From the NCBI RefSeq assembly GCF_964204645.1, contig NC_134030.1, forward strand, positions 3,328,778 to 3,392,777: 64,000 nucleotides of DNA, written 5' to 3'. The DNA comes from Tubulanus polymorphus (Eukaryota; Animalia; Nemertea). Position 1 is the stretch's first letter, and each line of letters starts with the position of its first letter. Position numbers and translations under genes: made by a program. The notes below the pieces were generated by a model. The model was not told the origin of the DNA, ran no database searches, and saw only the letters and a program-made list of their open reading frames with translations. Shown here one piece after another: positions 50,201-60,900 of the stretch.

Positions 50201-50388
50201 ATCATCACCCAACTAGCGCTGAATCCGAAATATCCCAACAACCAAACAGCTAATAAGAGAACCACCAAGCGAAAATAGAGAATTAACAAGTTTAGTAATA
50301 GCGTATTCTGTTGAGTTTGACGACCATCAACGGGCGCTGCTCCAGCAGCAGCAGCTCCTGCAGACTCCGCTTCTCCCGCTGCAGGCAT
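28441..50388 (-). CDS. ESYT2: Extended synaptotagmin (TM hairpin, SMP, C2A, C2B, C2C); about 21 constitutive exons, first 50071-50388, last 28441-28498
   Basis: LGYFGFSASWV, DLPSW|VYFPDIERAEWVNK, MWPYIG, FKFSKIDLGD, FLVLPN, GKSDPYV, NSLDPVWEEYFE, C2B AAILMVKLDNAKSLP/GEPSPY, C2C GRIQLTLRYS, DPYVRIYLLP, TEW|FDLEP. The numbered paralogue assignment is nominal. Confidence 0.93.
31289..31856. mobile_element. PIF/Harbinger (Tourist-like) non-autonomous element
   Basis: TIR GGCCATCCCAAAATAAT.GTCTGTTTGC with TAA duplication on both sides. Confidence 0.85.
32183..32214. repeat. (GT)n microsatellite
   Basis: Run of tg dinucleotides. Confidence 0.95.
33068..33192 (-). ncRNA. Two tandem degenerate U3-A8 hammerhead motifs plus an inverted fragment
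   Basis: Minus strand TTGAAAA-T-GGCTCA-cagaat-TGAGTC-TAAAC-GTC; same family as 60933-60974. Confidence 0.5.
33762..33964. mobile_element. MITE with CAGGGGCGGATCTA TIR
   Basis: caggggcggatctatagg ... ccctaaatctgcccctg. Confidence 0.75.
36603..36891. mobile_element. piggyBac-like MITE
   Basis: TTAA-CCCTTTCAGTGC ... GCACTGAGAGGG(G)-TTAA, with internal ACACCGCAGTGCGGTGT-type palindromes. Confidence 0.85.
36995..37215. mobile_element. Harbinger-like MITE; a solo end also at about 50746-50796
   Basis: ggccaaaaaaaattgataccttgtttctccgc / gcggagaaacaaagtatcatttttgcttagcc. Confidence 0.7.
40880..41096 (-). mobile_element. Penelope-like truncated insertion: long hairpin, tail and ACCAATATT duplication
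   Basis: 67-bp inverted arms at 40880-40946 and 40990-41056; accaatatt at 40871-40879 and about 41097-41105. Confidence 0.7.
40949..40986 (-). ncRNA. Minimal type-I hammerhead ribozyme with intact core
   Basis: GC-CUGAUGA-U-GGCUAAC-AGUU-GUUACCC-GAAAC-GUC-GC; stem I is continued by the long inverted arms. Confidence 0.75.
41337..41466. mobile_element. Tc1/mariner-type MITE
   Basis: TA-CAGTAACCCTCACCTAA ... TTAGGTGAGGTTTACTG-TA. Confidence 0.8.
46155..46304. mobile_element. Inverted Penelope-like remnant with two degenerate hammerhead motifs
   Basis: agacacaacgttt / aaacgttgtgtct arms; plus-strand CTGAAGA-T-GGGTGGA-aggat-TCTGCTC-GAAG at 46213-46243. Confidence 0.5.
46762..46974. mobile_element. 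MITE with CAGGGTGGCC TIR and internal TTCCCTGA repeats (relative at about 28556-28828)
   Basis: cagggtggcc ... ggccaccctg. Confidence 0.75.
47298..47437. repeat. 21-bp minisatellite
   Basis: (CCAGGCTGAGGGGTGCAGGAT)n, about 6.5 copies. Confidence 0.9.
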
Positions 50389-51440
50389 TCTACTAGTTAC
50401 AACGAAATGAAAACTATTTCTAAAAGTTCAGAACGAAAATCACTAAATCATTTTAGACTTTACGAAAATTTTGACAGCTATCACCGGAAGAGAGTCAATC
50501 TTAAGAATCAACAGAACATGGCGTCACAGGCCCCGGGGCTTGTCACGCCATATCCGACATTGCGTCACAAGCCACGAGTAAAATACAGACTGTATTAACT
50601 ACAAGCGAAACGAAGATATATGTTTGCGTCGATCGAACCACGTTTTAGAGTCCATCCTGGATACACGACGTGTAAAACCTGGATGACCTGGAGATTATAT
50701 AATTCTAGTATTCCAATGGGAAATTAATTTCTATTCTATTCTTACCAAAATGACCCGGCCGCTGCGAAGAAACAAAGTATCATTTTGTTTAGCCTTGAAC
50801 TTGGAATTATGTATGTCACCACTGTCTTCGGGGAAGCTATGCATTTATGAGAAATAAAGTTAGAGGTTTTCATCAATGAATGTTAACGTTTTATTTCTTC
50901 GATTTCAATAAATTATTCTATAATTTAAGAAAGAAAAAAACAGGCGGCGGCTAAATTAGGAGGGTAGCTGTTGGGAATCAAGCAATTTATTTTTATGGCC
51001 TTAAGTTCCACGATTGTTCAGCTGGCTACTGGCGCGTGTTCAACGCGGCAGTCGAGCCTAAGGTAACTCCATTCAACAATAAAGAGACACAATTGCGGTT
51101 TTTCAGAGTTTGTTGATATCATTAACACGCGCTATTGATCACAATTGTAATACGTCACCGGCTGACCACGGTGTATAAGCATAGGCGAGCTCATTCACCT
51201 CCGCTCTCTCACACTGTGCAGACATGCATCCGTGGATTCTCCTGGCGATCATGATCCTTGCGATCTTCGCTGCGCTCCTGTTCCTGCTTCCTGAGGAACG
51301 ACGTCTTTATGTTTTATGTGTTACTGTTCGTCTCCGTACTGTCCTGTACTGTTCCGTGTTAATTAATCCGTTCTATTTTTCAGGGTCTAATCCGTTTTAT
51401 TTTTCAGGGCCGATTTCTCTGTCGAATTTAAATGTTTGCT

Positions 51441-52217
51441 GGAACAAAACTAATGTGCGAAAGCGCCAGCTCTCCATCGCCGGTCACTTGTCGAGGATGA
51501 CAGACAAAAAGTCGATCAGGAAATGGCTGCCCTCTACATGCCCTCATATGGAACACGAAAACCAGGATGATGAGGCCTCACTGCCCCCGCCTATCTACAA
51601 AGTGTGCTGAGTGATGTTAATGATGGGCATATCTGCAGGATTGCGCGGGATACAAATGGAGCGGTTATACTGGATTGTCACGCTACTAGCATTCATTGGT
51701 CCTTGTGACCGCCCGGATGAGGGATGATTCTACTGTCACGCTCTTTGTTTCTGGTATTCTGAGTCGGCTGAGGGATGATTCTACTGTCACGCTCTTTGAT
51801 TTCTAGTTTGAGTGCTAGTTTTCATTGTGTCCTTGTGACAACCTCGGTCAGTGGATGAAGTCTCTTGTCGGCTTGTGAGTGCTAGTTTCATTGAGTCCTT
51901 GTGACTACCTCGGTCAGTGGATGAAGTCTCTTGTCACGCTTTTGAGTGCTAGTTGAGATCCTGAATCTCAACCCGGTCAAGCTGGTTGTACTGCGCTATT
52001 TGTGTTTCGAGCAATTTTACAGGTGTGTCAGTTACTGACGTCGCCCAGTACATCATGCAGTTAGATGGGGAATGTGAGGCGTTGTCATTCTGGTTTTCGT
52101 GTTCTGTGTGAGGGCGTGTAGAGGGCAGTATATTCCTGGCTGGCTCATTGTCTGGTGTTCTCGGCAAGTGACCGGCGACGGAGAGCTGAAAAGCTTTCGA
52201 ACATTAGTTTTGTTCCG
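51441..52217. repeat. Fold-back structure: diverged inverted arms of about 250 bp enclosing about 60-bp tandem repeats
   Basis: ggaacaaaactaatgtgcgaaagc...ctctccatcgccggtcacttg is mirrored by caagtgaccggcgacggagag...gctttcgaacattagttttgttcc; internal gatgattctactgtcacgctctttg / gtccttgtgac repeats. Confidence 0.8.
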
Positions 52218-53374
52218 TACCAGGTTTTCATCGCTCTACTCTTTTTTTTTCATTTCAGGACTCCAGAGAAGTTGAAGAAGAAGATGCTAGAAGGCGACTA
52301 CAGAAGATGCCGAAAAAAATACTGAACTCGGCAATCTTGAAAGTTAAGTTGATACCCATGTAAATTAGGATTAATGATGAAGAAATGTGTGACTACAAAA
52401 TGTTTTTCTTTTTCTCAATTTCAGCTTCGACGAAACCCAAGAAGACAAAGAAGTACTTCGATTCCGAAAAAAATGATGTAAAAATCTACCGAAAATCACA
52501 CAACTATATCTGTACTTCGATTTCGAAAAAAAAAAAATTAGACAAAATTATCTCCAACCTTGTAAACTTTTGGACTGCATGAAAAAAAAGACAAAATATT
52601 GTAAAATTATTGAAAAAAATTATGTAAAATCGACCGACGATCACACAACTATATCTGTACATAGCTTCCCGCCTGTTTCGCTCCTGGCAGGTGTGTCACG
52701 ATCGTAAGGGACACCAACTCAAAAAGTCGAACGAGAGCTCATCAACTAAGATCTGCCGATTAGAGAACAGTGCACAGAAGGCACCAATTTGGATGAAACT
52801 CAACCAACCAACTTAGGAGATCCTCCGATAATGAACCCAGCCATCGTAAAAGGTAATTTGATATTTGATACGAACTTAGAACCTTTTAACCGATACTGAA
52901 CCCAGCAAACTTGAAATGTAAGTTGATTTTTGGGGAATCGTAGGTTTGCCTATGCAAATGGTCTGGAGAAGCAGTTTCATTGAAAATGAATAGAGTACCG
53001 GTGTGTCAACAAGGCACAAACATTGGCTGTTGAACCAATAGTGTTGATTTTTGGTCTTGGTTTGGCTTATGATGAGTTCTCGAGCCCACAAAAATTTCAT
53101 AGTGATCAAGTTATTTTTAGGGGACTTATTCTTGAAAAACACGTAAAAACCCTGCTTTTTAGCGCTAAGTAATGGCACGTTTTCATATATGAGAATTTGC
53201 ATACTTTGAATTGAAATATATAAAAGTTCAATCCTTCGTGGAAGTGTTGCCGTTTTTTGTGCGACTCATCTCGATGTACTTTTCGACCTACGGGTTCTCA
53301 CTTTATAAACCCTCTAAATTTTCTCGCTTCTATTTATCTGAGTTGACCTCATCACCTGAGCTACATTGAATGTG

Positions 53375-53465
53375 ATTGGCTGTTTGTTGGATATTCCGGG
53401 AACTTCTGATGTAATTGGGAAAGCCCATTGGGAAAACCCAATGTGGAACCCAAAACAAAATGGCG
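53375..53465 (+). promoter_or_regulatory. Promoter-like cluster of CCAAT boxes, kappaB-like sites and a YY1-type AAAATGGCG
   Basis: ATTGG at 53375; GGGAACTTCT at 53398; GGGAAAGCCC at 53417; GGGAAAACCC at 53430; AAAATGGCG at 53457; splice donor at 53484. Confidence 0.5.
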
Positions 53466-53559
53466 AGCATTTCATTCGACTAGGTATTGTATGTTCGCTT
53501 ATAATTTGTTCGGTGTTACGAATATAACCGAGTAGGCTATTCTAGGTTTATTATTTATG

Positions 53560-54470
53560 GAAATTATTATGATATATTCTAAATGAAATATTTTGTCATT
53601 ACAGGATATCTTCTTTTAATCATTGCAGCTAAATTTCAACTATAAGAAAAAAACCCAGCTTGAGATCGACTACTCGTCCAAAATTGACCAACTGGAACAG
53701 TGCACAGATGAGGCCAACTAGAATCCAACTTATTAACCAACAAACTTAAGATGATCCACGCCGATAAACACCCAAGCAATCATAAAAGGTAACTTGATAT
53801 ACATGAAATTATTTCGATTAATTCTAAATGAAATATTTTGTCATTACAGGATATCTTCTAATCATTGCAGCTAAATTTCAACTATAAGAAAAAACCCAGC
53901 TTGAGATCAACTACTCGTCCAAAATCGACCAACTGGAACAGTGCACAGATGAGGCCAACTAACTAACAAACTAATAGGATAATCGCCGATAACCAAGCAA
54001 AGGTAACTTGATATACATGAAATTATTTCGATAAATTCTAAATGAAATATTTTTTCATTACAGGATATCTTTGTTCATTTCAGCTAAATCCTATCTATAT
54101 GAAACTGCCCAGCTTTAAATCAATGACTCATCAAATATCTACAGATAAGCTCCGCCCACTGACCAATCCAAGCTTGAATCAAATGCATCAACCAATCGCA
54201 TCAACCAATTGTTCTAACCGATACTGAACCCAGCAAACTTGAAATGTAAGTTGATTTTTTATAGAAATTATTATGATAAATTCTAAATGAAATATTTTGT
54301 CATTACAGGATATCTTCTTTTAATCATTGCAGCTGAATTTTAACTATAAGAAAGAGCCTAGCTTGAGATCAACTACTCGTCCAAAATCTACAAACTGGAA
54401 TGGTGCACAGAAAAGGCCAGAACTGAACCCAGCAATCTTTAAAGGTAAGTTGATATAGGCCTACATGAAA
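53560..54470 (+). repeat. Tandem exon-intron units of about 210-250 bp (4 copies), probably part of a spliced lncRNA or decayed gene
   Basis: tcattacag acceptors at about 53604, 53849, 54063, 54308; gtaa(c/g)ttg donors at about 53789, 54003, 54246, 54444; frameshifts between copies. Confidence 0.7.
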
Positions 54471-57092
54471 TTACCTGTATATAGAAATTCCAGTCCTCAT
54501 ATGAATATCATTTCATAAGGCTATCATCAAAATCTTTTTAACGGTCACATGGCTGAACTTTTATCTTCACTAGTCTTAAACAATGATGAACTAGTCCCTA
54601 CTACTGCAATTAATTATTGGGGTTTAAATCAGCAATTGACGTCAATGAATTTTACTTTGTGAAAAACAGGGTGGCTTGTAATTTGAAATGACATGTAAAT
54701 TATGATAAATCTGTCTGAAATGTTTTGCGGTCGTCACTTTGTTTCAGCCAAACTACATCTCGGAAAAATTGGCCTGAAGAAGACACTCACAAGTAGATGA
54801 ATACTGATCGACCCATTTGCTGATGAAAACTGCAGAAGCCCAGATGAAAAGTTGAGGAACCAGCAACGGATTCATCACTCAATGATGGATTCTTCTACAA
54901 TAGGCGGTTGATTTCTATAAAACACTAAATATCAGGTGCAGCAGAGACAATAGTGAATCTTATAAACACTGATTCAAGCGACAAAGCTAATGGATTATCT
55001 CATAAACACTGATTCAGGATAAACACTGTTTTAAAAGCAGCAAAGACAATAGTGTATATTATTAGGAGCAGCATAGATAATAGTGCATGTTATTAACACT
55101 GAAATCCAGGAGCGGCGAAGACAATAGCGGACTTCTGTAGTAAAGTATTGATTCTTTGCTTGTCACCTTTTTCAAACCAGTCTGATTGATGATATAGTGT
55201 TTTCGAGGAAACTATTTGATAATGTTTATGCAATGTGAGAGTCAAATAAAAGCTAAGCTCCATTAATTCAAGATATTGGTCTTCGATCCATGGTTGATAG
55301 ATAAGTCAAGTTGAGTTAGTCACTAGGGGTAAATGGACGTTTTGAGTGCCTAGTTTTGACTCGTAGGTCGGTTGAGTTAACTCCTAAACTGAGATATGTT
55401 TTCAACATGAATTGTGAGTTTAATCTTCCAACTTACCATAGTTAAACATAGTCAACTGTGGCTATTTGTCAGTGTAGATATCACATACTTAGGAACATAA
55501 TGTTTAGTTAGACCAGTGTTGATGTACAAATATTAACTATTGAATTTGCTGAATTGTAGATGTACTAAGTCCTTTCAACTAGCCGCGCTCAATCACTGCT
55601 GTGACTGTTAATTGTTATACTGTCTAAAATCTGGTAAATTGATTAGTTACCGATTTTACGTTGATCTTTTCAAAGCTGGAAGAAAAAACGTCAGAATACT
55701 TAGTTTGTAATGTCAAGGTGTATGGAAATCTTGTTGTACATTTTCATCATTCATGTTGAAACTTTTCAGTTGTTAGGTTTTAAAGCAACAATTTCACTTT
55801 GGTGCTTTTCAGTGGTTCATGAAATACTGATTTAATTAAGGGCCTGTCGAAAATAGCAGCAGTTTCTTGATAGCTTTAGGATACAATGCTAATCGGTCAA
55901 TTGTCTTAGCTTTGTTTTGATTATCGGTTTAACCACATCTGTGTGGTCCCTCATCTGGACTCGGAAGAATTTCTGATCTTTATATAGAGTTGTATTTATA
56001 TCAAGTTGCATAATATAATTAAGATGTTACTGTAGCTTTGTCAGTTAAACCATATTTGTTTAAAGATACTCGATTTATCTTGAATTGTCACAAGAAAAAC
56101 CTTTATAATAGTTTGTCGGGTTTGATCTAAGGAATAAATGCCACTTGACCGTGGGGCAAGCATATATGTAGTATCACTTGACCCTCAAAAATCAACCTGT
56201 CCTACATGAACAGTGTGATTGTGACACATTCATCCCTACATAGAGTGGACAACTTTTTCACTGTGGTGCTTTTCGATCAGTGGTTCATAAAATACTATTT
56301 TTTTATTAAGGTCCTTATGGAAAATAGAGGAGCAGTCTCCTGATAAATGAGGATATATGAAGTGTTAATAAGTAGATGGTGCCAGCTGTATTCAAATTGA
56401 CAGGTGAACAATTTTATCTTGTTGATTGCATACAAGAGGATACCTCCAAAATACTTTGTATTAAATGTAACATGTGAGAAAATAACCAATTTGATCATGT
56501 CTGAGCAAAGGTGGCAAAACTCTAGTTATCTTGTAAAATAAAGTTGATGAAAATTAAATCAAAGAATGTTTAGTTAATCATAAGCTTTCCAGTTTGAATT
56601 TGTGTTTTTATATATTATATTGGAGACTTTTTTTGCACTTCCTCGAGTACATAAATACCTGTCATTTAGGTATAATTATTGTTGTGGGGATAAAACGACG
56701 TGTTCATGTCAATCGTTCATAAAACACTATAAAGGCCCTAATCGAATATAGTTGAGCTTTTTCTTGATAATTAAATGTCATTTGAAAAGTTGACATGATA
56801 GGTTCATATTTCATAAAATATAACAAAGTGTCGGTTATATTGACCTCATGAATTGTCAAATTTACCAAGTGATTATTTCACCAAGAACCTTAGTGTCTGA
56901 TGTACCACAGTTGATTACACTAGGATCGAAGAGCGACGGAGATCACAGGTGGAGACAACCACTGCCAGTGCTGGGTGAAGTGATTATATGATTCAATGGC
57001 AAAACCAATACAACTTTGCACATTACACCGGGCCCGTTGACAGTTGTTGACGGAAAAAGTCGCACGATTCGAAATAATCTATTAAAAACAAA

Positions 57093-57590
57093 CCACAACG
57101 TTTCGACTGTTGACTAACGGTCATCATCGGGTGGAATGACAAGAAAACGGAAGTTACGTAGCATATAAACTGACAGGACATAAACAAAAGCAGTGTCCAG
57201 AATAAATGTTAACAGAAGTGACAAATGAAAACAACCATGGGTACCGGTACCGTAGAAACCACAAAATATGAACAGTTCAGGATGAATACAAATTATGTAA
57301 TGGGGGGGGGGGGAGTAGAAGAGGAAGGAGAAAGCAGTGTGACACAGTGACATTAACCAATATCTAGTAGAGATCGTGTTGATGATATCTCTAGATAATA
57401 ATTGATTATGTGGCCGGAGATGGTAGATAAGTTGGATTTCGAAAGATTTACAAACAAGAGCTGATTCTTGTGTCTTATGGATGTCTTTACTCCACCCGGA
57501 CTTGGGGTCATTTAAAACTAATGGTTCAAAGGAAAGTGGCTCCAATGTACGTGATCATGGATCCTTAGGTCTGGGGTCCTTGACAAGTCA
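57093..57590 (-). mobile_element. Penelope-like retroelement 3' remnant with terminal hammerhead motif (57093-57134)
   Basis: Degraded ORF with a GIY-YIG-like C-terminus (FEIQLIYHLRPHN), followed by CCAC-CCGAUGA-U-GACCGUU-aguc-AACAGUC-GAAAC-GUU-GUGG. Confidence 0.6.
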
Positions 57591-57679
57591 ATTGAATGAC
57601 AGAAAACAACAGGCCCTTCAGAAAACTACCACACACTGGCCTATGATATATCTAAAATAACTCCGGGACTGAAACGTGT

Positions 57680-57785
57680 AATTCGTAAGTCGTATAACGT
57701 AAGTCGTAAATCGTAAGTCGCAATGTATTGAAGGAAATGTAATTCGTAAAACGTAACTCGTAAATCGTAACTCGTACGTCGTATG
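57680..57785. repeat. 7-bp (TCGTAAN) minisatellite upstream of TUT1
   Basis: tcgtaagtcgtataacgtaagtcgtaaatcgtaag... Confidence 0.8.
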
Positions 57786-57952
57786 AGGAATTTCATCTTT
57801 GATATGTGTTATCCTACTTTTGGTCAGCAATAGACTCTTAGACGGTTTTGGTCGATATTTAGAGCAACCGAGGGCAGCACCTCTCGGTAACCCGGAAATG
57901 CGGAACTGATTCCTACCTAATAATATATCCCGCCAGTACGGAATCTGAAATC

Positions 57953-60900
57953 ATGGATTTTTACTGTGATTTGTGTAACATAACTGTTAACTCTGGTAGG
58001 TCAGATTGTGGGTCTTTATTTATTCTATACTTAAAATGATCATTCTATAGGCCTATTCGATAAAACTCAATCTCACACGGTAGAGTCACTCGGGTCGTAC
58101 TAAACACCGTCAGGAACCGTCAGACACCTTGTCTAACCATTCGATTCATTGCTATAGTTGCGAAAAACGGTTTTGATCGAGTAGATTTTTAGATTCTTCT
58201 TGAACTTTCTGCCAACTCGGAAAATCTGGCGTCTTGAAAAAATTTGTTCTCAAGGCAAATGAATTTCCACAGGTTTTTTGCCCAATTACTGAGTCGAATT
58301 TGCGCAGTAGTGTTCAGTAGTGTTGATTGTACAATAGGCCTAAAATATTGTAGGCCTAATTCATTTCCTGATGGTGTTATTAGTATAACCCGTGAGTTCC
58401 TGACAGGGTCTGACGGTTCCTGACAGGTCCTGATGGTGTTAATAGTATGACCGCTCGCGTGGACAGAGTCTCAAATTCAATTCATTCAAAATCAAAATTA
58501 CTTCATTACACCTTATAGCATATCACGGTGTACACCGTAATAATAAAGACTTCGGTCTACTCTACAAAAATCCTCATAATCATCTTTTGTCTTTTTTTTT
58601 TAATCAGAAGCGATTATGGAGACTCATATTCGTGGAAAGAAACATCAGAAAAATGTCGAACGTTCGATACAAACAGCAGAACGTTCCGTGTACGTCAGGG
58701 GTTTCCCGAAAGGTCACAACGCCGATATCATTCTGGAGCGTTATTTCGAGAAATTCGGAACAATCGAAGAAATCGTCGTCGAGGCAACGAATCAGGTAAA
58801 ATATACGCAATGGTTTCAGGGGGTACGAGTCGAGCGGGGTACAGGTTCCAAGCTAAAGGGTCCAGGGTGAAGGATTGACGGGTACAGAGTCAATTGATCT
58901 TTACCGGCATAAACTGACTTTTAAACTGTAATCATCAGGACCCAGTTCCACAGTTGTGAGTTAGAGTTAACTCTGAGTTAAACTTAGTTCATTTTCAATG
59001 AGTTAACTTTAGAAATAAGATAAAAACCCACTATCTACGGATTAAAAGAATTTAAAAAACAAGAATTTATTTATTCAATCTAAAACATAGAATACACGAC
59101 GTTTTGATCTCACCCTAGAGATCATCGTCAGGTGTATGTAACGTCGTGTATTCTATATATTTTAGATTGAATAAATAAATTCTTGTTTTTAAATTCTTTT
59201 AATCTATAGATAGTCGGTTTTTATCTTGTTATCCGTTCACCGTGTTTGAGTGTGGTTATCGTTCTATTAACTTTAGAGTTGAATCTTAACTCGGAACTGT
59301 GGAAATGGACCCAGGTTTTTTTTCTATTTTCAGAATTTTGCTCTAGTTCAGTATAAGAATCTCGGATCAGCGTGCACGGCTCTGCAGCAGAAACGACATT
59401 ACATCGGCAATCATCAGCTGGTGCTCATGCCGAAAAAATCGACATCGTCGCACGTAGATCGACTCGGTCTGACGAAAAACCCTTCACATTCGGAAGCGAA
59501 ACAAAAACCGCAGATTGAAGATACAACGTTGAACAGTAGATTGATTAACGCGGATAGTGTAGGTTTTTTTCCATATGGTATGACCCCTTGTATACCAGGA
59601 ACCTGAATCAGACCCTGTTTTAACTGTTACAGTTAAATAAAGGGATGGACAGCTTGGCATCTTAGCCCAGTTGTTTAGTGCACAAGTATTGCAGGTATCT
59701 CAGCGTCTATATAGGTTATAATCAGTTTTTAGGCCCCCAGTAGGTAGATGGTTCCAACAGTGAAGCAACCGTATAAGCAAATAGTGCATTTATTAATCGG
59801 TAAAAAACGGGGCTTGAATTTGGGCGAATCTGACCCACAGCAATACTATCATAGATTACATACAGGGACTCTTTTGAAACCTACAACATTTTTTGATTTA
59901 AAATTTGCTGCAGGAAATTATCAATTCCGCATCAAATCGAGATTCAAATTATCATCAAAATTTTTATGAAACGGATTGATTATGTATTTTGTAGGTGAAC
60001 GATCAGTTCGGAATACTGGTGTCGGAGTTGGCGTTACCGGCTGATAATTTAGAACTACGACAGATTGTTGTCGATATGTTACAGGGATTGTTCGTTCAGT
60101 ATTTTCCCGGTTGTCAGGTTGTCTCGTACGGTTCCACGGCGACCGGTCTCGGTTTCGTCGGATGCGACATGGACGTATTCCTCGATCTGAAACTCTATAA
60201 AGCCGTACGCATTGAAGAGGTACCGTAAACGTTCTAAAAATTTACGGGAGTTATCCCACAATAATTCAGTCAAAAATGTAAAGTTCTCGAGTAAAAGGTT
60301 TGAGCAACCTTTCAGATGTAGACTTAATTGAGAATGAAGTAGTTCACAATCAGAAGCAGCTTTTTTATTCCCAGAGCACAAATATCAAACAGTGAATAAG
60401 AGGGATCAGCTGCGAGATATCTCTTAGTGACAATGATGGCTGAACTGGAACTATAATGAGATAACTTGTAATGAAACAAACAGATGGCAGAGCATCTCAC
60501 AGTTCATAGACACTAGAATTGATAATGGGTTTGTAGTTGAAAACGGATAATTCTGAGTTGCGGTTTTAACTGTTATTTTTCAGGCAGCTCAAATCCCGAT
60601 AAACTTCCCGTATATGAAACACATTCCGGCGTTTCGAGATATGAAACGAGGTTATATGACTCGCGAAGAGCTGGCAAATATTTCACGTATCGATCAAGCG
60701 AGATTGATCAGTAAAATACTAGTGACCGTTGGTAAAGGAATCACCGACGTATTGACGATACCGAGCGTTCGCTGTCCTATTGTCAGATTCGTTCATCAAC
60801 CGACTTCGCAGAGAATCGATCTATCATTTAAAAGCAGGTTAGTCATGAGTCCCTATTGGTTTCCATAGACAAGTGGCTGTCCAATATCAATAGTAGACAA

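Noticed and set aside
53560-54470. CRISPR-like repeat array
   Set aside because: Eukaryotic context; the units are long tandem duplications without unique spacers, and there are no cas genes.
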